The notes under the pieces were generated by a model. That model was not told where the DNA came from and did not search any database. It was given only the letters and a program-made list of their open reading frames with translations. A stretch of 64,000 nt of DNA from positions 122,512,001 to 122,576,000 of the forward strand of contig NC_042997.1 of the NCBI RefSeq assembly GCF_006345805.1, read 5' to 3'. Both the position numbers and the translations under genes were made by a program. Below are positions 40,111-51,410 of the stretch, one piece after another; the stretch's first letter is position 1, and every line of letters begins with the position of its first letter. The stretch is from Octopus sinensis (lineage: Eukaryota).

Positions 40111-41194
40111 AGGAAACTTGGCCGATAGGAGCAAAATGGTCTTTGTTATCATGAAAGATGAAGAATGAAATATTCTTTTACTATTCTTTACTATTCGTAA
40201 AAATAGAAAATCGTCAAAGAAGGGAAAATTGATGGGAAGAAAAGAGGAGGGAAAAGAAGAATTTCGTTGAAGAATAATGTCAATAAAAGGAAAAATTTAA
40301 AATTCCATGAATAATTTAAGATAGCTTTCCGAATACCGAGATAATAATCCATAAGCTTTAATCGTACCAAAGCAGGAACATTGATTGCAGTAAGCACAAA
40401 CATTTTCAATAAGGAATTCCTCTCATCTAGAAAATCTGTTTACTTAGACTCATTATTGTTAACAGCAGTTACTACGTTAGTAGTTACTATGATAACCAAG
40501 GGGAGATTATCGATATACAAGTAAATATTTTTTAAATAATTTATGTGCATAGATTATATTTCTAAGTTGTATATCAGTGTTATATTTACCTAAATTTTTA
40601 GTGCAGGTCGGAAGGGTGACAATTATTGTAAAAGAAATCTTTGGTAAATTTGTTTTAAGCGAAGCTGCAAGATTTACCTATGAATAATTTGAAACGATTA
40701 AGTAATGTTGGCAGCTTTTCAAGTATATCTCTAATACCGTTGTAGCAATGCAATTAAATATTAATCAAGTATTACAGGAAGCGACATGATTTTAAATGAA
40801 CTTATCAGTCTTTTCCAGCACTATGTAATTTGCTTAAATGCCTGACCTTACTTGTTTGTAAACTCACAAACAGCATTGTGCACGACGTACACACAAAGTC
40901 ATAAGTGTTTATATGTGTTCGGTAAATATATATAGCTTACGCAGGTATGTTCATTTGCCTGTGACGGCGTCTGATTCCGAAAACATATATGACATGTAAC
41001 TTTCGAAGTATAAATATTTGCCGCTGTAGAAAATCGAAGGACTCGTGCTCAGTTGTTGCATTTCTTACCGTGCTTTATTGGCTTTTCAATCCATCATTCA
41101 TTCCTCATATTTGTAGATCCACTTAATATTTCTGACATTATTTCATGTTGAAGTCAGTGTTGACTTGTAAGATTAGCATGTTTGAATTATGCCA

Positions 41195-41612
41195 ATTTCT
41201 TTACTAACCACAAGGGGCTAAACACAGATAGGACAAAGAAGGACAGACAAACGGATGAAGTCGATTACATCGAATCCAAAGCGTAACTGGTACTTATTTA
41301 ATCGACCCCGAAATGATGAAAAGCAAAGTCGACCTCGGCGAAATTTGAACTCACAACGTAACGGCAGACGAAATACCTATTTCTTTATTACCCACAAGGG
41401 GCTAAACACAGAGGGGACAAACAAGGACAGACATAGGTATTAAGTCGATTACATCGACCCCAGTGCGTAACTGGTACTTAATTTATCGACCCCGAAAGGA
41501 TGAAAGGCAAAGTCGGCCTCGGTGGAATTTGAACTCACAACGTAACGGCAGACGAAATACCGCTAAACATTTCGTCCGGCGTGCTAACGTTTCTGCCAGC
41601 TCGCCGCCTTAA
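41195..41612 (-). mobile_element. SINE family B dimer with a single TSD
   Basis: Perfect 17-bp TSD ATGTTTGAATTATGCCA (41178-41194 / 41613-41629) encloses a head plus two body units. Confidence 0.9.
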
Positions 41613-44529
41613 ATGTTTGAATTATGCCACAAATATGTATGCCACATTTCTGCCTGTAACACGGAAGATGAGCTGGTAGCCAAATTCAGTTGTTCGAAGA
41701 CTTTCCTTGAAACACGGTGAGAATCTCATGAGTCATGTTTTGGAGCCGTCATGAGACAGCGGTGGAAAACAAGGTCGGCTATCTGAGGAAACTGTTATGT
41801 TCCAGTAATAATCTAGTTGATATACTTTGAGCTTTTAAAATACATTAATTTTTTGATGGAATATTCTTTTTAATTTTTCTTTTAAGCGAACTGTCAAATT
41901 TAGCCCGGAAACACACACTATATATAATATATGGGTGATGGGTGTTTGTGTGGGTTCACGCGCGTTTTGATCAGGTTTGTTAATAACAGTCTGTGGGCTT
42001 AGCTGATTTAGTAGAAAGCGCACTTGCCTCAGTTTATTAAGAACAACCTGAATCGTTCGTTGAAAGCTACCACAAATAGAAAGGTAACAGCTCAACTTGT
42101 CAATTCAAACCTGCTAATCCTACAAGTCAAAGCCGACTTCAACAGGAAATAATGCCAGAAATATTGACTAGATTTACAAATATAAGAAATTAAAGGTGTA
42201 TTGAAATGCCATGAAAATATGGTAACCAAAGCGACAGCCAAGCAAGAGTCTTTTGAATTTTCTACGGTATGTCTTTTAGTGCTAAAAACCTGTGTATAAT
42301 CAATTATATTTGCCATCTATTTTCTTGAATTTCATAGCTTTATGAGAGGATTTAATATGAAGAAATATTCACTGGCGCACGGAGAATATGCTGCCCAGTC
42401 TAATGCATATGATCTGATGATGTGTAATGGTGACTGAAATATATTCTATTATTGATCACTAAATTTGAAATTTGTTTAACCTCATTATTTAATCACTAAA
42501 TGTCCTGCAAAAGAAGTATAAGAGAACTAGGAATTTTTTTGTTCTTAGAGTGCCTGAATAAAACACATACCAAAATATGTGTCATAAAGCAAGATAAAGA
42601 CTATGTGACATAAAGCAAGATAAACGAAATGTGCTTAATATCTTGAATCGTATACTTTATCACAGTATGATCTAAACTTATTTCAGTAGTTGTATCCTTT
42701 GTAAGTTCTAAGGCAAAGAACATTAAGATTAATGGCGATTTACAAATGCCTAGCAGTTTAGCATAAAGTAAAATGAAAACTCATTAAAGCGGATATCAAC
42801 AAATGTGAAATTGTCTTCAAAGAGAAGTCTTGGAACAATTAACGCATTGGTTGCGTCAAGTGCTAAATACGTTTTCTTTCATATTTTAACATCTCTTAAG
42901 GTGTTGAGGTAGCATAATCGTCGGGCATAATGCTTAGCGGCATTTGGTCCATCTTTACGTTCCAAGTTCAAATTTCGCTGGTATTCACTTTCTAGCATTT
43001 CCAGAATTTGAAACCAATATTTTAGCATGTTCAAAAATTTGTTAATCTTTAGGTAAGCATACTGTTTTGTGCATTGAGAAAACTGATTGGCACAAATATA
43101 AGAGTAGGAAGCTTGGAACATTGTGTAGAACAAACGAGAATGACCTTAAGAAACATCATATCAATAGACAGCGAGCAAATTCTATTTCCGGCTACAAACC
43201 AATAACACTCAACGAAGAAATAGGTATATAAGCTGGCAATAATTAACTGCATTTTATGTTTGAACATCTAAGACTCTAAGCAACTGAGGTTGTTAAAGAC
43301 GTTTGCTTCCGCTGTTAAATATCAAAGGTTTTTAATTATGTATAATAAGAATGAGTTGATATTAAAATTACCAAATATCTATTGATATTGTATCTACCAT
43401 ACTCAGTTTGTTGCTGTAGATTTAATTAATGCACCAGTTCTGTGGACATAAGTTACAGCTTCTTTTTCAATCTCGATGACTTTGCAGAGCCCCACCTCGC
43501 ACTGCTAAGAAATATTGTTTCCTGAACGTACTCACTTTTCATTCTTATACATATCTTTTCCAAATACGTTTCAATTTATTTATTCATTCCACGAAATGTA
43601 TCAACATTATCACATTAAAAACCATTTTTATTTACATTTTGACTTCTTTCTTATGTCAAAAATGTTCTCCTTCGAGTACAGCGATTTAGCTCTCGTAAAA
43701 TAAGTGATATATGTAGTCATGCATGACTTTTTCTCCCTTTCTATCCTCAAAATATACAGTTTTTGACATTAGATTCCATGATTGTACTGGATCATGAAGT
43801 CAAACCAAAGCTATCTTTGTGGTCTAACATTTTGTGTCGTTATCGGTTTCATGTCCATTCCTGTACTCATTCAACGCTGATTGCTACATTTTATATTCTG
43901 CGAAACCCTGTGGCAAAATGGTGCACATGTTATTTTGGAAAATGTAATTATTCTAAATGAACGAAGACTTGAATGTAATTACAATTCATAATTCTTTATA
44001 AAATACATATACACACACACACAACACACACACACACACACACACAAACACACATATGTGTGAATGTAGGTATGTATGTATTAACTTTCTGTCGAGAGCT
44101 TATATGCCCCGTTATTACACCATTTTCCTTAACCATTGCACGGTGATCGCTATGAGCTATAATCTTATAAAACACTATTATAATTATTTATAGAATTGCA
44201 AAACACGACACTGCATAACAAAATCTTTTGCAGTCAAAGCACGTGAAACTTTGTTCGCAAAACCTTGCCAAAACACAGGAATGTGAGTTCGAGTCCCACG
44301 CATACGAGGAATCTACTTTTTGCTGTTGAGGTCTTATATGTTCCATTATTAGAGAATTTTCTTTAGTATTTGGCGGCGATCGCAATAAGCTTTAAGCTAT
44401 TAAAATACTGTAAGTATTATTTCCAGAATTGCTAAACGCGACAATGCTTAACAAAAGCATTCGCAGTGAAAGCACACAGCACACACACACATACACACAC
44501 ACACACACATATATACATATATATATGAA

Positions 44530-44695
44530 GAGATGGTGAAGATGCCGACGACCGCTTTGTTCAAAGCCTCCCTGGACCTCAAGTGGCCTGAACTCTTTAC
44601 ATGAAAACCATCCTGTACTTAACTCCATGTCCCCCTACATGGCCTTGCTATTTGCTTTTGAGCCAAATTAACTAACTAACTAACTAACTAACTAA
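44530..44695 (+). mobile_element. CR1-like LINE extreme 3' end with (TAAC)n tail
   Basis: VKMPTTALFKASLDLKWPELFT* resembles the CR1 ORF2 terminus (FKxRLDxxW); short UTR then TAACTAACTAAC. Confidence 0.7.
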
Positions 44696-44720
44696 CATAT
44701 ATATTTATTATATAGAAGGA

Positions 44721-44769
44721 GCTTCTACAGGACTAGAACTGTTTCATTCAAAAGAAATCATCAGGAAGC
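44721..44769 (-). ncRNA. Type I hammerhead ribozyme motif
   Basis: GCUUC-CUGAUGA-UUUC(UUUU)GAAU-GAAA-CAG(uucuaguc)CUG-UA^GAAGC: intact core, 5-bp stem I, 4-bp stem III, GUA site; stem II is 3 bp closed by U.U. Confidence 0.75.
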
Positions 44770-44816
44770 TTCCTGATGATTTCTTTTGAATGAAACAGTT
44801 CTAGTCTTGTAGAAGC
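44768..44816 (+). ncRNA. Type I hammerhead ribozyme motif
   Basis: Same motif on the plus strand (CTGATGA 44773-44779, GAAA 44792-44795, GUA 44809-44811) with one G.U in stem III. Confidence 0.75.
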
Positions 44817-44899
44817 TCCTTCTATATAATAAATTAATTTACTCTGCTATGTATTGAGTACCTTATTTACTGTGGTTAACCCCGACTCAACCCGGGACC

Positions 44900-44935
<36 letters not shown>

Positions 44936-45160
44936 GAGAGTACTTTAATGTTTGAATTTGTACACAGTTATAATTAAAAATAATTTTACATTAACCTCGT
45001 GTGTTACTCTTACCCTCCTACAGTACAAATTCATTATTTCTCAGAATCTAATTTATAGTTTATTTCGAGTTTTTGACCAGTGAAGCTATGCTAAGCGGTC
45101 AGTAACTTGACGTCGCTGTCAACTGCATTCGTGTTTAAGAACTATACATACTTACATACA

Positions 45161-45222
<62 letters not shown>

Positions 45223-45223
<1 letters not shown>

Positions 45224-45807
45224 GTACGTTTAAATATTTGTTGTGCAAGATTTTTTATGTGAAGTCGTGTGTTGAAACAGATATTGTTATATTTCGGAAT
45301 GGTCATTTTGCCAGTTTAGCCAATAAAAACACACGCACTATATATTTGGTGTTACTTTGCTTCAGTGTTATTTATTTTTTACATTAATCTTAATCTTATT
45401 TCGGCCAGAGTTCTTTCATCACACTCCTGTGACCGCATAAGTGGCCCTTTGTTTTCTTCTCACTTATTTGTGTCTGTCCTTACTAACCGTCAGCCATTTT
45501 GTATTTCTATTGAATGTCTTCATTTGCGCATGCTTATATCTCTATGTGCGTTTATGTTTATTTAGTGTGTGTATGTGGGGGATGCCTTAATATTTGTATC
45601 TTCTGTTTATATATGTTCATGTAATTTGTAATTCTATATGTTCATGTAATTTGTATTTTGTTTTTTGTTTTTTGTTTTTGTTTTTGTTGTTTTTGTTTAT
45701 TCTTATTTTGTTCATGTGTTTACATCCACCCATTATTATCATTACATATGCTTGTATGTATGTATGTATAACAACAATACTAGTAATAATAATAATAAAT
45801 TGAATCG

Positions 45808-45848
<41 letters not shown>

Positions 45849-47117
45849 TCGATTCAATTTATTATTATATATATATACATACACATTATTATATATATAT
45901 ACATACACATATATACATATATATATATAGTTATTTATTTATTTATCTGTGTATTTATTATGTTTTCATGATCCTCTATCGCCATATGTTGTGGTGTGTG
46001 TTAGTGCTCCATTCTAGTTTTCTATTCAGGCTAGGTTTATTTTCTATTATGTGTGTAGCTTCTGTAATTTGTCTAATTGTTGCATCTGATCTATGTGTGG
46101 ATAATATTTTAATTTCTATGTTATTGATTGATCCCCCGTGTTCTTATTCGGCGTGTTGGTACAGAATCGATGAGCTTTTACCTTCCTTGAGTTGTCTCCA
46201 ATGTGTTCATTTACCCGCTCTCCTATGCTTCTTGCCGTTTCCCCTACGTATGTCGTTGTCTTGTTACTGCATCATCCCTCTATACATCTTATACTATAGA
46301 CTACATTTCTGGCTTTACAGTTTGTTTGTGGGCTAAATCTACATACAGTACAGTACCTATCTGTACAGGGGGTTCTACTAAAAGTATAGGTTCTACCAAT
46401 TATAGATTTGATAGGGTTGCCTGGCTTTTCAACAACCTTACTTCTTAGCTTAAGTTTGTCTAGGGTCCTTCTAAAGCGATACACCAGTTCACCTCCAGGG
46501 GTGGTGTCAACGAACATGACACTCTGGTATTTATGGCTATCATACCAAGAGTTGGCCTTCCCTATTTTCTTTTTTGTCCTTTCTATAGTGTTCCATGACT
46601 TGTTCCTATATAGTGGGCAAATACCATTCCTATCATTACATAATATATTATCAAATTTCTTAATAGCTCCTTTGTATACTCTGATGCTTTCTTTATGGCT
46701 GTAACCTGAGAACTGCATGCGGTGAATGAAATATTGTATGTGTCTTTTTAACTCTGTGGGCTCGCACATGCATGACACATTTCTCATTATTCTGACGATA
46801 CAAATTTTACAGGCATCGCCCACATACACACACTAAATAAACATAAACGCACATAGAGATATTAGCATGCGCAAATGAAGACATACAATAGAAATACAAA
46901 ATGGCTGACGGTTAGTAAGGAGAGACACAAATAAGTGAGAAGAAAACAAAGGACCACTGATGCGGTCACAGGAGTGTGACGAAAGAACTCTGGCCGAAAT
47001 AAGATTAAGATTAATGTAAAAAATAAATAACACTGAAGCAAAGTAACACCAAATATATAGTGCGTGTGTTTTTATTGGCTAAACTGGCAAAAGGAACATT
47101 CCGAAATATAACAATAT
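45223..47117 (-). mobile_element. Penelope-like element (Neptune-like), 5'-truncated, with inverted pseudo-LTRs
   Basis: Coding remnant ~46800-45976: RMQFSGY...VMFVDTTPGGEL...CKARNVVYSIRC...YVGETARSIGERVNEH...RQITEATHI...PSLNRKLEW (RT thumb + GIY-YIG). ~305-bp inverted repeats 45281-45590 / 46810-47117; 3' end abuts (TA)n. Confidence 0.85.
46951..46995 (+). ncRNA. Minimal hammerhead-like motif (variant core); second copy on minus strand 45403-45446
   Basis: GG(A)CCA-CUGAUGC-G-GUCACA(GGAG)UGUGAC-GAAA-GAAC-UC^UGGCC; A9 is C in both copies, and the 45.4-kb copy also has G5>U. Confidence 0.5.
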
Positions 47118-47185
47118 ATAATATATATATATATATTGTTATATTTCGGAATGTTCCTTTTGTATATTTGTATATATATATATAT

Positions 47186-47900
47186 ATAATTAATCAATAT
47201 AGGGTGGCAAAAAATTTTGTAGAATTTTTTTGCCACCAGCGGCCTAGTGAGAAAAAATTAAATAGTCATAGACCATTCAACATCAGGGTAAATTACAGGC
47301 TAAATGTTTTTTAATTTTCTCCTGGTTTACGGAATTGATTTTTATTTGCGGTTGAAGCTTTGGCTGTTATTTCTAGTGGGTGAATGGCCTATTATGGCCG
47401 TTCCTTGATTGTGATGTTGAACTTAAGAATGGTCTATGACTATTTAATTTTTTCTCACTAGGCCGCTGGTGGCAAAAAAATTCTACAAAATTTTTTGCCA
47501 CCCTATATTGATTAATTATGAATTTTCTGGTTAATTCCGTAATGGAATCGGCGGCTTATATTTATTTGCTGCCGATAAATTTGGCGCGAGTGCGATGATT
47601 TGAAAATTTTAGGTCAGATATTGCCGAGGCAGGGTCGGAAATGCCTCGTGAAAATATCTGTTCCGACTTGGCTATTTCTTACTGATGAATCTAAGGGCCT
47701 ATGGAAGATTGGCTTGATTTAATTTAATCAGGTTAGTTTACCATTAAACAGTAGATGAAACGGTGCATCGTATAAGAAATTACAGGGTAAATGTTTTTTA
47801 ATTTTCTCCTGGTTTACGGAATTGATTTTTATTTGCGGTGAAGCTTTGGCTGTTATTTCTAGTGGGTGAATGGCCTATTATGGCCGTTCTTGATTGTGAT
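47186..47900. repeat. Composite inverted/tandem repeat block
   Basis: Perfect 93-bp inverted arms 47186-47278 / 47427-47519; ~125-bp direct repeat at ~47291 and ~47778 (period ~487 bp); (TA)n at both ends. Confidence 0.85.
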
Positions 47901-47922
47901 ATATATAATATATATATATTTG

Positions 47923-47964
<42 letters not shown>

Positions 47965-48021
47965 CTAATATATATATATATATATATTGTAAATATATAT
48001 TATATAATATATATATATTTG

Positions 48022-48058
<37 letters not shown>

Positions 48059-48206
48059 AAATATATAATATATGTGTAAATATATATATATTTGTATATA
48101 TATATATTATATATATGTGTGTGTAAATATATATATATATGTGTAAATATATGTATATATATTTGTATATATATATATATATATTTGTATATATATATAT
48201 ATATAT

Positions 48207-48520
48207 GTAGGTCCCGGGTTGATTCGGGGTTAACCACAGTAAATAAGGTACTCAATACATAGCAGAGTAAAATTAATTTATTATATAGAAGGAGCTTCTA
48301 TAGGACTAGAACTGTTTCATTCAAGAGAAATCTTCAGGAAGCTAGTTAACAAGAATTGTATTGGCATTTATACATTTAGGCAGGTTAAAGGGGGACTTTT
48401 TGGGGGTAGGCATAGCGCAAAATATCATACTTGGGGGAGTGGTCAAGGAGTCAGTGTTAAATTAGATAGAAGAATAAATAAAAAAATAAAAAAATAAAAA
48501 AATAAAAAAATCTATATATA
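48207..48520 (-). mobile_element. PLE-like 3' end with hammerhead motif (48342-48294)
   Basis: GCUUC-CUGAAGA-UUUC(UCUU)GAAU-GAAA-CAG...CUA-UA-GAAGC with a stem III C.A mismatch; C-rich upstream UTR on the minus strand; ends in (AT)n. Confidence 0.7.
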
Positions 48521-48867
48521 AAAAAAGGGAATAGAGTTTTAGGTAAATAAGGAGATTCTCACTTATACCTATGCACACATGTATACATACATACACACAC
48601 ATATATACATATACATACACACATACATACACACACACACACTCACATGAATACACGTATACACACATGTATATATACACACACGACCACACATACATAT
48701 ACGCACAGAAATATATATATACACATACACACACATACTCACATACACGCATACACACACATATCCACACACACACATGCACACACAGCACACTAGTCCC
48801 TATATACACATATATACACATACACACACACATATACACACACATATACACACACATACATACATAT

Positions 48868-48898
<31 letters not shown>

Positions 48899-49307
48899 CT
48901 ATGTGTTACCTATGCATACCTACACATACACACATATATATACACATACAATACAGACCCATTCCCTAATTTTAATTTTATTATCTTCGTTTATTACTTT
49001 TGTTATCTTTGGCCGCTTGGTCACAAACACTGGCTATGACAGCCAGTCCATTTATCTGTCTACTGGAAAACAAGCACTCATTCACTCACGCACACTCTTT
49101 AGCACGTACACTCACTCATTCGTACACTCATACACATACACGCACGCACGCGTTATATTCATACATACATACATCTACATACATTCACGTATATACACAT
49201 ACGTACGCGTACCTACAGATTCATGTCTACACTCTTAGAAGGCTAGTCTATATATATACACCAATAAATATAAATACACACACATACATATACACCTACA
49301 TACAAAT

Positions 49308-49358
<51 letters not shown>

Positions 49359-49733
49359 CATATATATACACATATATATATATATATATACACACACATA
49401 CGCATACACACACATATACATATATATACACTACACGCACATACACATGTACATGCGTACCCATACACACACACACACACGCGCGCATCCATATATACAC
49501 ATAAGTACACACATGCGTAAAAGTATACATATATCTATGCTTACACATACACACACACACACGCGCCTCCTTATATTCATACTTACATGCATACTCAAAA
49601 AATAAGAAAATAGTAAAATATATATACGCGCAGTTATTCGTACATGCATACTCAAAAAATAATAATAAATATTAAGTATATGTACGTGCAGTTACCTATT
49701 ATATAGACGGATACATACATATAAACTTACACA

Positions 49734-49765
<32 letters not shown>

Positions 49766-50269
49766 TATATATATATATATTATATATACATATATATACA
49801 TACACATACACATACATATATACATACATATATATATACACACACACACACACATACATACATATATACATATATATACATACTTACACACATGTACATA
49901 TAAATACACACATAGATAACTCTACGTACCTACATATACTATACACACACGAGCGTACGCGTATATGTACATATACACATACACATACACACGCATATAT
50001 ATACATACATACACACATACACACATGTATACACACACACACATATACACATATATATACATACACATATACATACATATATATATATACATATATATAT
50101 ACACATATACATATACATATACAATACATACACACACATATATACATGTGTGCAGACATACATACATTCTCATACAAGCACACACACTTACATTTACATA
50201 TATACACACACTTACACACATATATACATACACATATACATACATACATACGTATATGCTTACATACAC

Positions 50270-50304
<35 letters not shown>

Positions 50305-50722
50305 CATACATACATACACATACACATACCCATACATATATACACACATATACATATACACATGCACATACTTATATCTCTACATACTCGCATATACATA
50401 TATATATATATATATATATACATATACACACACATACATATACCTATATACATGTATATATACACATACATATATATATACACATCTACAATTTGTATCT
50501 ACACTCACATACCTGCACATACACATAACTCTACATACCTACATATACATCGACATACTCGCGTACACTCATATATATACACACATATATACATATACAC
50601 ACACATACATATACATATACATATAGATACATATATATAAACATACACATACATAATACACATATACACACACATACATATATGCATATATATATATATA
50701 TATCTATATATAATATATATAC

Positions 50723-50771
<49 letters not shown>

Positions 50772-51188
50772 CATACATACATACACATATACATACATGT
50801 ACATATACACATACACACATATATATATACACACACATACATATATCAACAATTGAGGGTAAAGTTAATTAGTTATTAATCAATTTCACCAAGTATTCAG
50901 TATGTAAAAGGACCATTATTTTTATGAGTAAACAACGTCTGAGGGAAAATATTCTCTAAGTAGTGGAAGAGGCTAAAAAACTTTTTTGGCTGCTATTTCT
51001 AGAAAGTTCAGTATGTGGCAAAGTAATTTATTTTACTAAGCCCTAATTATATAATATTTTATACATACATACACATACATACACACATACATATACACAT
51101 ACATATGCATACACACATATATACATATATACATACATACATCTATACATATACACACACACACACACACACACGCACATACATATTA

Positions 51189-51219
<31 letters not shown>

Positions 51220-51340
51220 TTACATACATACACGCACACACACACATAATACATGCGTATATTCCTACTATACCCATACATTTCTATACATATATACGAT
51301 ACACATATACAAGCGTGCACATACAATATGTGAAAGGTCT
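48520..51340. repeat. Compound (CA)n/(TA)n/(CATA)n microsatellite field
   Basis: Almost continuous degenerate dinucleotide and tetranucleotide repeats with small unique islands. Confidence 0.95.
50844..51050 (+). repeat. Dispersed ~210-bp repeat, second copy at 53475-53682
   Basis: Shared ATATCAACAATTGAGGGTAAA start and ...TGGCTGCTATTTCTAGAAAGT.CAGTATGTGGCAAAGTAATTTATTTTA...GCCCTAATTAT end; middles differ; both lie in TA/CA tracts. Confidence 0.7.
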
Positions 51341-51410
51341 TAGGAGAAAAGGTAATCGGGGGTGCTAGGGGAACGGTGGGATTGGGGGGGTTTTTGTGGG
51401 TGGGGTGTCA

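Larger units (their letters stand above)
44703..44902 (+). mobile_element. Short PLE-like insertion: 3' pseudo-LTR end with inverted 5' portion
   Basis: Carries the hammerhead, ends ...CCCGGGACCTAC-(AT)n; homologous to 48207-48342 in opposite orientation. Confidence 0.65.

Noticed and set aside
46270-46274. In-frame UGA between Cys residues of the Neptune-like PLE (RCIEG*C), raising a selenocysteine idea because some PLEs are reported to use Sec
   Set aside because: The same copy has a downstream frameshift and a UAA, I see no SECIS-like hairpin, and an ordinary nonsense mutation suffices. Conservation of the UGA in the family consensus would reopen the question.
48462-51368. HT/YT/CV-rich ORFs up to 201 aa
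   Set aside because: Translations of (CA)n/(TA)n microsatellites.
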